A stretch of 52,262 nt of DNA from an uncultured Alphaproteobacteria bacterium (lineage in GTDB: Bacteria; Pseudomonadota; Alphaproteobacteria; HIMB59; GCA-002718135): assembly GCA_902619045.1 (NCBI GenBank), contig CACNCX010000002.1:1-52262 (forward strand). The letters are read 5' to 3'. The notes under the pieces were generated by a model. The model was not told the DNA's origin and searched no databases. It saw only the letters and a program-made list of their open reading frames with translations. Shown here in pieces: positions 8,448-18,869 of the stretch (position 1 is the stretch's first letter; the number at the start of each line of letters is the position of its first letter). A program made the translations under genes and the position numbers.

Positions 8448-10280
8448 TTAAACGCTATGAAAATATTCATAAATTTTTATTAGAATTGACTCAGGTATAG
8501 ATTTAACCTCTTTTAATTCATCTAAAGTAGCTAATTTTAATTTTTCCACTGTACCAAAGTGTTTTTTTAAAATTTTCTTTCTTTCAGGACCTACTCCTTC
8601 TATTTCATCAAACACAGATCTTACACTCATTTTCGCTCTTTTTGATCGATGTGTTGTTATTGCAAATCTGTGCACTTCATCTCTAATATTTTGTAAAAAG
8701 TGGAGAAGAGGATTATTTTCATTTAATCTATGTGTAAATTTATCATGTATCAGAATTTCTCTACCTGCATCTCTTTCCTCACCTTTTGCCATTGAGATAA
8801 TTGGTATATCTATTTTTAAACTATCTAAAACTTTTTTTGCAGAATTATATTGTCCTTTGCCTCCATCTATAAGCAATAAACTTGGCAAATCTAATTCGTC
8901 TTGAAATTTTGAATTATTAAATCTCCTAGTAAGCATTTCTTTCATCATATAATAATCATCAACTTTATTTTTATTTTCTTCAAGATCAAATCTAATATTA
9001 AATTTTCTATAGTTTGATTTTATAAATCCATTTTGATTATATGCAACCATTACACCTATAGGATGTTTTCCAAATGTATGGCTATTATCATAAGCTTCTA
9101 TTTTTATAATTTCATCTTTGAGTTTGAATATTTTTTTTATTTCTGCATTAAAATTATCAAAAGATTTAAGTTTATTTAATTTGATGTCTAAATTTATTTT
9201 AGAATTTTTTTCTGCAAATTTAAGTAAATTTTTTTTAGGTCCTTTTAATGGTTTAATGAATTTTGTTTTATCAAAATTTTTTCCTAAAATTTGTGAATTA
9301 TTATTCTTATCAATAACTATATTGGTAATAATTGTTTCAGGGATATCTTTTTCTGCATAAAATATATTTAGGAAACCTAACATTATTTCCTGGTGATCTA
9401 ATAAGTTGTCATGATCTGGAAAGAAAGCTTTGCCACCATAAGATGTATTATTTCTAAAAAAACTTCCATAAATACATGTTTTTCCTTCATTTGATGTTAT
9501 TGCAAAAATGTCAGCATTTTTTATATCCTTAATCTTAATTGAATTATTTTGTTCAATATGTTTTAAAGCTTTAAGTCTATCTCTTAAAGATGCTGCTAAT
9601 TCAAAATTATTTTTTTTTGATGCCTTATACATTTGATCTGTGAAATTTTTTTGTATTTTTTGAGAATTGCCACTACTTAGAAAATCATCTGCTGCCTCTA
9701 TTAATTTTGAATAGGCTTCTTTCGTTATTTTTCCTCCACAAGGACCAGAACATCTTTTAAGATAATAATTGAAGCACAGTTTATTTCCTGCACTTACCTC
9801 TTTGTCTGTGCATGATCTTAAAAGAAATATTCGTTGTATTGTATTAATAGTTCTATTTACTGCATCTGGGCTTGCAAATGGTCCATAATATCTACCTTTT
9901 TTCTTTTGAGGACCACGATGTTTCTCAATTCTAGGAAAATCATGTTCTGATGAAATAAATATATAAGGAAATGATTTATCGTCTCTTAACAGAACATTAA
10001 ATCGAGGTTTATGTTTTTTAATTAAATTACATTCAAGTATGATTGCTTCTAACTCTGTATTTGTGACAAAGAAGTTCATTGATTTAGTTAGGCTAACCAT
10101 TCTTTGAATTCTTCTGGTTAGGTTATTTAAAGATAGATAATTCTTTACTCTATTAGATAATACTTTTGCTTTTCCAATATATAGAATGTTACCCTTTTCA
10201 TCTTGCATTTGGTATACACCAGGTTGATTAGGCAAAGTTTTAGATGTAGCCTTAATAATCTCTTGTCCAGGAAGCGTCAT
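8448..10280 (-). CDS. uvrC: excinuclease ABC subunit C
   Basis: 610 aa with N-terminal GIY-YIG (PGVYQMQDEKGNILYIGKAK), a Cys-rich segment CFNYYLKRCSGPCGG, and a C-terminal endonuclease plus (HhH)2 region (IEGVGPERKKILKKHFG). Confidence 0.95.
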   Translation of the reverse strand: MTLPGQEIIKATSKTLPNQPGVYQMQDEKGNILYIGKAKVLSNRVKNYLSLNNLTRRIQRMVSLTKSMNFFVTNTELEAIILECNLIKKHKPRFNVLLRDDKSFPYIFISSEHDFPRIEKHRGPQKKKGRYYGPFASPDAVNRTINTIQRIFLLRSCTDKEVSAGNKLCFNYYLKRCSGPCGGKITKEAYSKLIEAADDFLSSGNSQKIQKNFTDQMYKASKKNNFELAASLRDRLKALKHIEQNNSIKIKDIKNADIFAITSNEGKTCIYGSFFRNNTSYGGKAFFPDHDNLLDHQEIMLGFLNIFYAEKDIPETIITNIVIDKNNNSQILGKNFDKTKFIKPLKGPKKNLLKFAEKNSKINLDIKLNKLKSFDNFNAEIKKIFKLKDEIIKIEAYDNSHTFGKHPIGVMVAYNQNGFIKSNYRKFNIRFDLEENKNKVDDYYMMKEMLTRRFNNSKFQDELDLPSLLLIDGGKGQYNSAKKVLDSLKIDIPIISMAKGEERDAGREILIHDKFTHRLNENNPLLHFLQNIRDEVHRFAITTHRSKRAKMSVRSVFDEIEGVGPERKKILKKHFGTVEKLKLATLDELKEVKSIPESILIKIYEYFHSV

Positions 10281-10412
10281 TTTATCAATCGTAAATAATT
10301 ATTTTTTCATTAAATAGGAATTTTATAAAATTAATAAATAACTAACAAGATTATTGTAGTTCATTTAATAATTAATTTAATGTAGGAAAGAATGATATAT
10401 TAAGGATTTATT

Positions 10413-12182
10413 ATGGCAAAAATGACAACAGAAGAGGCTTTCGTAAAAGTTTTACAAAAACACGGTATTCAACATGCTTTTGGAATAATTGGATCTGCAT
10501 TTATGCCAATATCAGATCTTTTTCCTAAAGCTGGAATAACATTTTGGGATGTTGCTCATGAAACAAATGGTGGAATTATGGCTGATGGCTATACAAGATC
10601 AACTGGTAAAATCGCTATGTGTATTGCGCAAAACGGACCTGGTATAACTGGCTTAGTTACACCTATAAAAACTGCTTTTTGGAATCATACTCCAATGCTC
10701 TTAGTTACTCCTCAAGCAGCTAACAAAACTATAGGTCAAGGAGGTTTCCAAGAAGTCGAGCAAATGAACTTATTTAAAGATATGGTGTGCTATCAAGAAG
10801 AAGTAAGAGATCCCTCAAGAGTTGCAGAAGTTTTAAATAGAGTTATTTCAAAAGCTATTAAAGGATCTGCTCCTGCTCAATTAAATATACCAAGAGATTT
10901 TTGGACTCAAGTTGTTGATATTGATCTGCCACCTATAATTAAATTTGAAAGACCTGCTGGTGGAACAGAAGCAATTAAAGAAGCTGCTGATCTTTTATCT
11001 AGTGCAAAATTCCCAGTCATTTTATCTGGTGCTGGAGTGATTTTAGCTGACGCTATTGATGATTGTAAAAAACTTGCTGAAAAATTAAGTGCTCCAGTTG
11101 CTTGTGGATACCAACACAATGATAGTTTTCCTGGCAAACATCCTCTTGCGGTTGGTCCTTTAGGTTACAATGGATCTAAAGCAGCAATGGAAATAATATC
11201 TAAGGCAGATGTAGTTCTCGCACTTGGTACAAGGTTAAATCCTTTCTCAACTTTACCAGGTTATGGAATAGATTATTGGCCAAAAAATGCGGATGTCATT
11301 CAAGTTGATATCAATTCCGATCGAATTGGTTTAACAAAAAAAATAAGTGTTGGTATTTGTGGAGATGCAAAACTAGTTGCAGAACAAATTTTAGCAAACC
11401 TTACAACAAATGCAGGTGATAAAGATAGAAGAGAAAGAGAAGAGTTAATTCATAAGACAAAGTCAGCTTGGCTTCAAACATTAACTGGCCTTGATCATGA
11501 AGAAGATGATCCTGGCACATCTTGGAATAAAGATTCACGAGATAGAGAACCAGAGAAAATGTCACCAAGAATGGCATGGCGAGCTATTCAAGCAGGTCTT
11601 CCTGAAGATGCAATTATATCAAGTGATATAGGAAATAATTGTGCAATCGGTAATGCTTATCCAACATTTGAGAATGGTAGAAAGTATTTAGCACCGGGTT
11701 TATTTGGACCATGTGGGTATGGTTTTCCATCAGTAATTGGAGCAAAAATAGGTTGTCCAAATACACCAGTTGTTGGTTTTGCAGGTGATGGAGCATTTGG
11801 AATAAGTATGAGTGAGATGACTTCTTGTAATAGAGAAGGTTGGCCAAATATTACAATGATAATTTTTAGAAATTATCAATGGGGAGCGGAGAAAAGAAAT
11901 ACTACACTTTGGTATAATAATAATTTTGTTGGAACAGAACTTGATCCTAAATTAAGCTATGCAAAGATCGCACAAGCGTGCGGATTTAAAGGTGTCAAGG
12001 TTCATACTCAAGAGGAACTAACAGAAGCATTGCAACAATCTTGCAAGGATCAAATGGAAGGCATAACTACTTTTATCGAAGTTATGCTAAATCAAGAACT
12101 AGGAGAGCCTTTTAGACGAGATGCTATGAAGGCCCCAGTTGAAGTTGCTGGAATTGATCCAAAAGATACAGTAGTTCAATAA
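10413..12182 (+). CDS. xsc: sulfoacetaldehyde acetyltransferase (ThDP-dependent)
   Basis: 589 aa. The N-terminus MAKMTTEEAFVKVLQKHGIQHAFGIIGSAFMPISDLFPKAGITFWDVAHE...GQGGFQEVEQMNLFKDMVCYQEEVRDPSRVAEVLNRVI closely matches my recollection of Xsc sequences. ThDP motif GDGAFGISMSEM. The pta/tpa/ald and comDE context in the same window supports the call. Confidence 0.82.
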   Translation: MAKMTTEEAFVKVLQKHGIQHAFGIIGSAFMPISDLFPKAGITFWDVAHETNGGIMADGYTRSTGKIAMCIAQNGPGITGLVTPIKTAFWNHTPMLLVTPQAANKTIGQGGFQEVEQMNLFKDMVCYQEEVRDPSRVAEVLNRVISKAIKGSAPAQLNIPRDFWTQVVDIDLPPIIKFERPAGGTEAIKEAADLLSSAKFPVILSGAGVILADAIDDCKKLAEKLSAPVACGYQHNDSFPGKHPLAVGPLGYNGSKAAMEIISKADVVLALGTRLNPFSTLPGYGIDYWPKNADVIQVDINSDRIGLTKKISVGICGDAKLVAEQILANLTTNAGDKDRREREELIHKTKSAWLQTLTGLDHEEDDPGTSWNKDSRDREPEKMSPRMAWRAIQAGLPEDAIISSDIGNNCAIGNAYPTFENGRKYLAPGLFGPCGYGFPSVIGAKIGCPNTPVVGFAGDGAFGISMSEMTSCNREGWPNITMIIFRNYQWGAEKRNTTLWYNNNFVGTELDPKLSYAKIAQACGFKGVKVHTQEELTEALQQSCKDQMEGITTFIEVMLNQELGEPFRRDAMKAPVEVAGIDPKDTVVQ

Positions 12183-13787
12183 TTATTTCTGATCGTTAAT
12201 AATTAAGTCTGATGCTTTTTCGGCAATCATCATAGTAGGGGCATTAGTATTACCTGAAGTTATAGTTGGCATCACAGATGCATCAACAACTCTTAAGTTG
12301 TTTATTCCTTTTACTTTAAGATTATCACTTACAACTGAGTTTTCATCATTACCCATTTTACAGGTACTTACTGGATGAAAAATAGTGTTTGCAAATTTAC
12401 CCGCTTCTTTTGCTAGAGATTCATTATCTTTAAATTGTATTCCCGGTCTATATTCTTCTGGTTCATAATTTTTATATGCTTTTGATTCTAAAACTATTTT
12501 TCTTACAATTTTAATTGATTTTCCTGCAATTTCCCTATCTTCATCAGTAGATAAATAGTTCATTTTTATTTGAGGATAAATTCTTGTATCTGAAGATTTA
12601 ATTTCTACAGAGCCTCTACTTGTAGGTTGTATATTTGTTATTGTAGGAGTGAATGCTGGAAATTTATGTAGGTCTGCTTTTCCTAATAAATCAGTGCTAG
12701 CTGGCGAGATATGAAATTGTAGATTAGGGTTTTCTAAATACGAATCACTTTTAATAAAGCCACACAAGTAACTTGCTCCAACTGTTAAAGGTCCTTTTTT
12801 ATAAATAAAATAATTTAATCCTGTTAAAAATTTTTTAGTAAAACTGTGATATATATCGTTTAATGTTTCTAAGTTTTTAATTTTATAAACTGGTCTTAAC
12901 ATTAAGTGATCGGTTAAATTTTTTCCAACACCTTTAATTTCTTTTACAATATTAATATTATTTTCATTTAATAATTTACCTGGACCAATACCTGAAGCTT
13001 GTAATATGTGAGGAGATCCAATTGTTCCTGCAGACAATAAAACTTCTTTATTTACAGAATATGAAAATTCTTCATTGTTTTTCCATAAATTTACAGTTTT
13101 TACTTTTAAATTTTCAATTGTTAATTTTTTAACATGTGCCTTGGTTATAATTTTTAAATTTTTTCTATTTTTTATAGGATTTAAGAAAGCAACTGCAGCA
13201 CTACATCTATACCCTTTATCAATTGTCATTGGAAAATAACCCATTCCTTCATTGTCACCATCGTTAAAGTCTTCATTTTTTTTGTATCCAAATTCTTGAG
13301 AGGCCTCTAAAAATAAATCCAATAATTTAAAATTTGATCTAATTTTCTCTACTTTGATGGGTCCATTAGTACCATGAAATTCACTTTTAGAAATTCTGTA
13401 ATCTTCAGATTTTTTAAAGTACGGTAATACGTCTTCCCAAGACCATCCAATATTACCTAATTGTCTCCAGTAATTGTAGTCATTTGCATGACCTCTTATA
13501 TATAACATCCCATTAATTGATGAACTTCCACCTAATGTTTTTCCTCTTGGAATAAGCATTTTTCTATTATTACAAAATTTTTCCTCTTCAGTTGTGAAGC
13601 ACCAATCAGTTTTAGGATTATGCATTGTTTTAAAATAACCACCTGGAATATGTATCCAAGGATTAGTGTCTTTTCCTCCAGCCTCAATCAAAAGTACTTT
13701 AATGTTTTCATTCTCTGAAAGTCTATTTGCTAATATGCAACCAGCTGTACCTGCACCAATAATAATATAGTCAAAACTTTGGTTCAT
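12183..13787 (-). CDS. GMC-family FAD oxidoreductase (choline/alcohol dehydrogenase-like)
   Basis: N-terminal FAD fold DYIIIGAGTAGCILANRLSE, GMC signature GKTLGGSSSINGMLYIRG, and C-terminal HPVSTCKMG...LRVVDASVMP. Confidence 0.85.
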   Translation of the reverse strand: MNQSFDYIIIGAGTAGCILANRLSENENIKVLLIEAGGKDTNPWIHIPGGYFKTMHNPKTDWCFTTEEEKFCNNRKMLIPRGKTLGGSSSINGMLYIRGHANDYNYWRQLGNIGWSWEDVLPYFKKSEDYRISKSEFHGTNGPIKVEKIRSNFKLLDLFLEASQEFGYKKNEDFNDGDNEGMGYFPMTIDKGYRCSAAVAFLNPIKNRKNLKIITKAHVKKLTIENLKVKTVNLWKNNEEFSYSVNKEVLLSAGTIGSPHILQASGIGPGKLLNENNINIVKEIKGVGKNLTDHLMLRPVYKIKNLETLNDIYHSFTKKFLTGLNYFIYKKGPLTVGASYLCGFIKSDSYLENPNLQFHISPASTDLLGKADLHKFPAFTPTITNIQPTSRGSVEIKSSDTRIYPQIKMNYLSTDEDREIAGKSIKIVRKIVLESKAYKNYEPEEYRPGIQFKDNESLAKEAGKFANTIFHPVSTCKMGNDENSVVSDNLKVKGINNLRVVDASVMPTITSGNTNAPTMMIAEKASDLIINDQK

Positions 13788-13861
13788 AATTTAGAAAAAT
13801 TTATTTATTATATACTATTTAATTTAAACATATAACTAACTTAAATAATTAAAAATTTTCA

Positions 13862-14773
13862 ATGGATATTTTATTTTCGATAATTGGATTAGGGCTTCTA
13901 GTTTTAGGTGCTGAAATAATTATAAGAGGTTCAGTTAGTTTTGGAAGAAAGATTAATATCTCATTGTTTGCAATTGGTGTTGTAATTGTAGCTGGGGGAA
14001 CATCATTACCTGAATTGGCAAGCAGCATTAATGCAGTTCTTAATGATTTTTCGGATCTTGCTTTAGGCGCTGTATTTGGAAGTAATATTGCAAACTTGAT
14101 ACTTGTAATGGCGACTACAACATTAATTTTTCCAATTGTAAATATAAATAAAAATCAAATTAACCAAGCTTGGATAAATATTATTTTAGGAATTGTATTA
14201 ATTATTATGACTTTTTTTTATTTTAATTTTATTTTTGGATTAGTTGCAACTACATCATTGATTTATCTAATGTATGTTCAAATAAAAAAAGGAGAAATTG
14301 ATAATTTAGAAATAGATAAAAACGATTATTCAATAACAATCTCATTAATATTAATTATTATAGGTATAGTATGTTTAGTATTTGGTGCAGATTTACTTGT
14401 TGATTCAGCAATTAATATTGCAAGAACTTATAATGTTCCAGCTTCAGTAATTGGATTATCATTAGTAGCTTTTGGAACTTCCCTTCCAGAACTTGCAGTT
14501 GGTATTGTTTCTGCCTTTAGAAAAAAGATTGATTTTGCTTTAGGAAATATTCTGGGGTCTAATATTTATAATGTATTAGGTGTTCTAGGTATTAGTTCAT
14601 TTTTTGGTAATTTTAAAGTTCCTGCAGTTTTAGCAAATCAAGACTTATACTTCATGTTATCAATTACAGCATTAATTTTAATGTTTATGATTTTTGCAAA
14701 AAAAATTGGACGTATTTATGGAATTATTGGATTAACTTTGTATTTTGGATATATGTATTTCATTTACATATAA
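13862..14773 (+). CDS. Ca2+/Na+ antiporter, CaCA (YrbG-like) family
   Basis: 303-aa membrane protein with the two alpha-repeat signatures GTSLPELASS and GTSLPELAVG plus GSNI.N motifs. Confidence 0.85.
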   Translation: MDILFSIIGLGLLVLGAEIIIRGSVSFGRKINISLFAIGVVIVAGGTSLPELASSINAVLNDFSDLALGAVFGSNIANLILVMATTTLIFPIVNINKNQINQAWINIILGIVLIIMTFFYFNFIFGLVATTSLIYLMYVQIKKGEIDNLEIDKNDYSITISLILIIIGIVCLVFGADLLVDSAINIARTYNVPASVIGLSLVAFGTSLPELAVGIVSAFRKKIDFALGNILGSNIYNVLGVLGISSFFGNFKVPAVLANQDLYFMLSITALILMFMIFAKKIGRIYGIIGLTLYFGYMYFIYI

Positions 14774-14807
14774 TTTTAATTAATAAAAAAATTCTGTTAA
14801 AAGAACC

Positions 14808-15599
14808 ATGAACTTAGAATTACATAAATCAAAAAATTTATTAAAAATATTAAATACTGCTATAGATGCAGGTAAGGAAATTCAAAAAGTATATAAAAAA
14901 TCTTTTAATGTAGAAATAAAAGATGATAATTCACCTATTACCGAAGCTGATATAAAATCAAATAATTTAATTTTAAATAGATTAAAATCTTTTAGCCCGA
15001 ATGTTCCTATATTAAGCGAAGAAAGTCTAATAGAATGGAAAGAAAGAAAAACTTGGAATTCATATTGGTTAATTGATCCATTAGATGGAACTAAAGAATT
15101 TATTAAAAAAAATGGAGAATTTACAGTTAACATTGCATTAATAAAAAATAATTCACCAATATTTGGTATTATATATGCGCCTGCTAAGTCTTTGCTTTAT
15201 TATGCTTTAAAAAACAATGGCGCATATAAATTAATTACAGAGTCAAATATTGAAACAACTAAAGATTTTATAAAAATAAATTCAGTAAAAGACAAAAGTA
15301 ATTTAACAAAGGTTATTGGTAGTCGATCACATTCTAATAAAGATTTTGATAATTGGATAAATGATAATTGTAATAATTTTGAGTTAATCCAAATTGGTAG
15401 TTCTCTTAAATTTTGTTACTTAGCTGAAAGTAAGGCAAATATCTATCCAAGACTAGGTCCAACTTCAGAATGGGATATTGCTGCGGGACATATTATTCTT
15501 GAAGAGGCAGGAGGTTCAGTTAAAGATTTTAATAAAAATATATTACTATACAACACGAAAGAAAGTGTTATTAACCCTAATTTTATAGCTAAAATATAA
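14808..15599 (+). CDS. cysQ: 3'(2'),5'-bisphosphate nucleotidase
   Basis: PITEAD, EES, WLIDPLDGTKEF and EWDIAAGHIILEEAGG motifs; DPLDGTKEF is the CysQ variant of the inositol-monophosphatase fold. Confidence 0.82.
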   Translation: MNLELHKSKNLLKILNTAIDAGKEIQKVYKKSFNVEIKDDNSPITEADIKSNNLILNRLKSFSPNVPILSEESLIEWKERKTWNSYWLIDPLDGTKEFIKKNGEFTVNIALIKNNSPIFGIIYAPAKSLLYYALKNNGAYKLITESNIETTKDFIKINSVKDKSNLTKVIGSRSHSNKDFDNWINDNCNNFELIQIGSSLKFCYLAESKANIYPRLGPTSEWDIAAGHIILEEAGGSVKDFNKNILLYNTKESVINPNFIAKI

Positions 15600-15610
15600 A
15601 TTATAATCAT

Positions 15611-16024
15611 ATGAAAATACTTATTTGTGGTCTTCCTGGAGCTGGCAAAACTTGGTTAGCTGAAAGGCTTATTAAAGTAATTGATAATTGTGCTTGGTAT
15701 AACGCAGATGTAGTCAGGAAGTCAGCAAACGATTGGGATTTTACGATGGAAGGTAGAATAAGACAAGCCAATAGAATGAAAACATTTGCCGATTTCGAAA
15801 AACAAAATGGAAGATGGGTAATTTGTGACTTTGTAGCACCAACTGAAAAAGCAAGAGAAGCTTTTGAGCCTGATTTTGTTATCTGGCTGGATACTATTAA
15901 AGAAGGTAGGTTTGAAGATACAAATAAAATGTTTGAACAACCAAATAAAACTGACATTAAAATAACTAAATTTTTATCAGATGAAGAAATAGAAAATCTA
16001 GCAAAGGAGATTAAAAATGTTTGA
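15611..16024 (+). CDS. small P-loop kinase, APS-kinase-like fold (function unassigned)
   Basis: 137 aa with Walker A ICGLPGAGKTW. The segment NADVVRKSANDWDFTMEGRIRQANRMKTFADFEKQNGRWVICDFVAPTEKARE can be aligned by eye to the CysC core LDGDNVR..L..DLGFS..DR.ENIRR..EVAKL..DAG..V...FISP. The antisense ORFs 15607..16068 and 15722..15940 are shadows. Confidence 0.55.
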   Translation: MKILICGLPGAGKTWLAERLIKVIDNCAWYNADVVRKSANDWDFTMEGRIRQANRMKTFADFEKQNGRWVICDFVAPTEKAREAFEPDFVIWLDTIKEGRFEDTNKMFEQPNKTDIKITKFLSDEEIENLAKEIKNV

Positions 16025-16412
16025 TTGGAAAAAACCAACAGTACAAATGTTAGGTAGATGGCAACCATGGCATGACGGACATACAGAATTATTTAAAAGA
16101 GCACTTCAGAAAACAGGTCAGGTATGTATTATGTATCGTGATGTGGGAGGTGTAGATGCAGGTGTAGAAGGTCAAGCTGACAATCCATTTCAATTTGAAG
16201 AAGTAAAAGCAAAAATTAATGAAGGTTTAGCTCAACATGGTTTTACTGATGGCAAAGAATATGTAGTTGTAAAGGTCCCAAACATTATTGATATTTCTTA
16301 TGGAAGAGGAGTTGGTTATTCCTTTACAGAACATGATTTAGGAAAAGAAATACATGATATCTCGGCAACAAAAATTAGAAATGAAATGAGAGTTAAAGGG
16401 GAATTAAAATAA
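16017..16412 (+). CDS. cytidylyltransferase-superfamily nucleotidyltransferase, NadM/NMNAT-like
   Basis: 131 aa with an 8-nt overlap onto the kinase. It has the (H/T)xGH motif GRWQPWHDGH, a central DNPF, and a C-terminal ISATKIRNEM. Together these match the archaeal-type NMN adenylyltransferase pattern GRFQPFHxGH / ENPF / SGTxIR. Confidence 0.62.
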   Translation: MFDWKKPTVQMLGRWQPWHDGHTELFKRALQKTGQVCIMYRDVGGVDAGVEGQADNPFQFEEVKAKINEGLAQHGFTDGKEYVVVKVPNIIDISYGRGVGYSFTEHDLGKEIHDISATKIRNEMRVKGELK

Positions 16413-16413
16413 A

Positions 16414-17733
16414 CTAAATTTTTTCTCCTGCTGGTTTTCCATATCCAACATTTTTTTTCCCATATCTTCTCACTCTAACGTTACATTGTTCAGCGTGACC
16501 GATAAATCCTTCAAGGTGTGAAAGTCTAGATCCATATTCTCCAATAAGTGTAGCTGCTTCATCGGTTGTAATCTTTTGATAAGTGTGGGTTTTAATAAAC
16601 TTACCAACCCACAAACCACCAGTATATCTTCCAGCTTTTTTAGTAGGAAGAGTATGGTTTGTGCCTATGACTTTATCGCCATTAGCAACATTAGTTCTAG
16701 CGCCCAAAAATAGAGCTCCATAAGATGTCATATTTTCTAAAAACCAATCATCTTTTATTGTCATAACTTGAACGTGCTCTGATGCTATTTCATTTGCTTT
16801 AGATAACATCTCTTCATAGGTATCACATAAAACTATTTCTCCATAATCTCTCCAGCTAGTACTTGCTGTTTCTTTAGTAGGTAAGATTTCTAAAATTCTA
16901 TCAATTTCTTTAAATGTTTCTTCTGCAAGTTTTCTTGAGTTTGTTATCATGACAGCAGGAGAATTATACCCATGTTCTGCTTGTCCTAATAAGTCTGTTG
17001 CACATATTTCACCATCAACTGTTTCATCTGCTATAACCATTGTTTCAGTTGGACCAGCAAATAAATCGATACCAACTTTGCCATACAATTGTCTTTTTGC
17101 TTCAGCAACGAATGCATTGCCAGGTCCAACAAGCATATCAACATGTTTAATAGTTTCTGTACCAATTGCCATCGCACCAACTCCTTGCATTCCTCCCAAA
17201 ACATAAATTTCGTGAGCACCACCCATTTTCATTGCTGTAACGACAGCTGGATTTGGCTTACCTTTAAAGGGTGGGGTAGTAGCAACAATTCTTGGAACTC
17301 CAGCAACTGAGGCAGTAACAACTGACATATGAGCAGAAGCTACCATTGGGAATTTTCCAGCAGGTACATAACATCCTACTGCTTGTACTGGTATATTTTT
17401 ATGACCAAGAATTACACCTGGATGCGTTTCTACTTCTAATTCACTTAAAGTTTTAAGTTGTGCTTCTGCAAAAGACCTTACTTGTTTTTGAGCAAATTTA
17501 ATATCTTCTTTGTCTTCGTCAGAGACTTCACTCATTAATTGATTTATTTGATCTTCACTTAATCGAAAACTATCTGGTGAATAGTTATCAAATTTTTGTG
17601 ATAATTCTCTAACATATTTATCACCTTCTGATTCAATTTTACTTAATGTTTCCTCAACAATTTTTTTTACTTTATCATTATCTTCAATTCTTTGTTTTTC
17701 GTCTAAACCTTTTTTTAAATATTCAATTGCCAT
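16414..17733 (-). CDS. histidinol-dehydrogenase-family NAD-dependent dehydrogenase (HpsN-like candidate, not biosynthetic hisD context)
   Basis: 439 aa with GPGNAFVAEAKRQLYGKVGIDLFAGPTE and GQAEHG motifs of the HisD fold. There are no other his genes nearby and the neighbours are catabolic. The N-terminus MAIEYLKKG resembles HisD paralogues such as sulfopropanediol 3-dehydrogenase (from recall). Confidence 0.75.
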   Translation of the reverse strand: MAIEYLKKGLDEKQRIEDNDKVKKIVEETLSKIESEGDKYVRELSQKFDNYSPDSFRLSEDQINQLMSEVSDEDKEDIKFAQKQVRSFAEAQLKTLSELEVETHPGVILGHKNIPVQAVGCYVPAGKFPMVASAHMSVVTASVAGVPRIVATTPPFKGKPNPAVVTAMKMGGAHEIYVLGGMQGVGAMAIGTETIKHVDMLVGPGNAFVAEAKRQLYGKVGIDLFAGPTETMVIADETVDGEICATDLLGQAEHGYNSPAVMITNSRKLAEETFKEIDRILEILPTKETASTSWRDYGEIVLCDTYEEMLSKANEIASEHVQVMTIKDDWFLENMTSYGALFLGARTNVANGDKVIGTNHTLPTKKAGRYTGGLWVGKFIKTHTYQKITTDEAATLIGEYGSRLSHLEGFIGHAEQCNVRVRRYGKKNVGYGKPAGEKI

Positions 17734-17735
17734 AA

Positions 17736-18833
17736 TTATTTTTTATGAATTAATTTAAAGATATCAACACCTATTTGATCTAGTATATGTGCTATATCGA
17801 TTGGTACCCAATTTTCTCTAATTAGCCCTTCATGATGTAAATAAAAATCCATAACTCTTATTGTAATTTTTTTATTAGTTGGCTCATAACCTAACCATTC
17901 TTTTGAACCATGAATGCATTCTATGCTATGCCAACCTCCAGTCATTGAATAATTACCATCACCAATTTCAATATAATGTCCAATTTTCCAATAATCCCTT
18001 TCTTTAAATGTAAGTCTAAATGGAAGTTGATGATATTCTACATATCCTTTTAAACCTCTTGCAGTTCCTATTCCTGCAGGTCCGTGCCACATCATTTTTG
18101 GATGCCAATATTTTTTTTGAGGATGATTAAGTAATTTATCTCTTATATAATCTTTGTTTGAGTTTGGATCACTTTCGGGCTTAATATTTAAACTTCGCTG
18201 CATGGTTAATGATTGATTTAAAGATTCTAAAGATAATTCGTTGTCAAAATTTTCATTATTTTCTCCATCTCCAGTAATAGGCGCTGACCACATACCTTCT
18301 GCTCCTAAAGATTTATTAATTGGCCAGTGTCCAGCTTGTCTAATAAAATCAACTGTATCAATTAAAACATATGATTTTATAATTTTACCATTAGAGATTT
18401 GATGAGCTTCGCAAGTTCTAAGATAAATATTTTTTTTTGTGGGTGTAACACCGAGCCATTCGTTGACAAATGTTCCAGTTAGATAGCTAACAAACGATAC
18501 AAATACTTTGTCTCTATAAGATCCTCCAATTACAATTATATTTCTTCTTTCGAGATCTGGAAAAGCTTCTTTTAGAGGTATCCAAAGTTTATTTTTTATA
18601 TTCTCAACACCACTTATTTCATTTATTGGATGAAAAGCATTTAATTCAGCTTCTTCATGGTATAAGTTTTTTAAATTAACTCCTAATTCATCTAAAGGAG
18701 ATTCAGCAACTTTATTTAATAAATATTTAAATTTTTTTTTATTTTCTAAATTTTCACTTGTACTTAAATCTACAAAAATTATTTTCTTGTTTTCTTTTTC
18801 CCCTGTTTCAAAATCTTCAATTTTATTTGTCAT
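17736..18833 (-). CDS. tandem NTF2-like (SnoaL/ester-cyclase-like) protein, paralogue 1
   Basis: 365 aa. It shares the blocks KYWHPKMMWHGPAGIGTARG and LIRENWVPIDIAHILDQIGVDIF with ORF 28015..29088. The PDLERR...TGT...G..PT.K...GKI pattern is typical of SnoaL-like domains. Confidence 0.6.
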   Translation of the reverse strand: MTNKIEDFETGEKENKKIIFVDLSTSENLENKKKFKYLLNKVAESPLDELGVNLKNLYHEEAELNAFHPINEISGVENIKNKLWIPLKEAFPDLERRNIIVIGGSYRDKVFVSFVSYLTGTFVNEWLGVTPTKKNIYLRTCEAHQISNGKIIKSYVLIDTVDFIRQAGHWPINKSLGAEGMWSAPITGDGENNENFDNELSLESLNQSLTMQRSLNIKPESDPNSNKDYIRDKLLNHPQKKYWHPKMMWHGPAGIGTARGLKGYVEYHQLPFRLTFKERDYWKIGHYIEIGDGNYSMTGGWHSIECIHGSKEWLGYEPTNKKITIRVMDFYLHHEGLIRENWVPIDIAHILDQIGVDIFKLIHKK

Positions 18834-18869
18834 AAAAATTATTTACATACTAATAAATATTAATTGATT

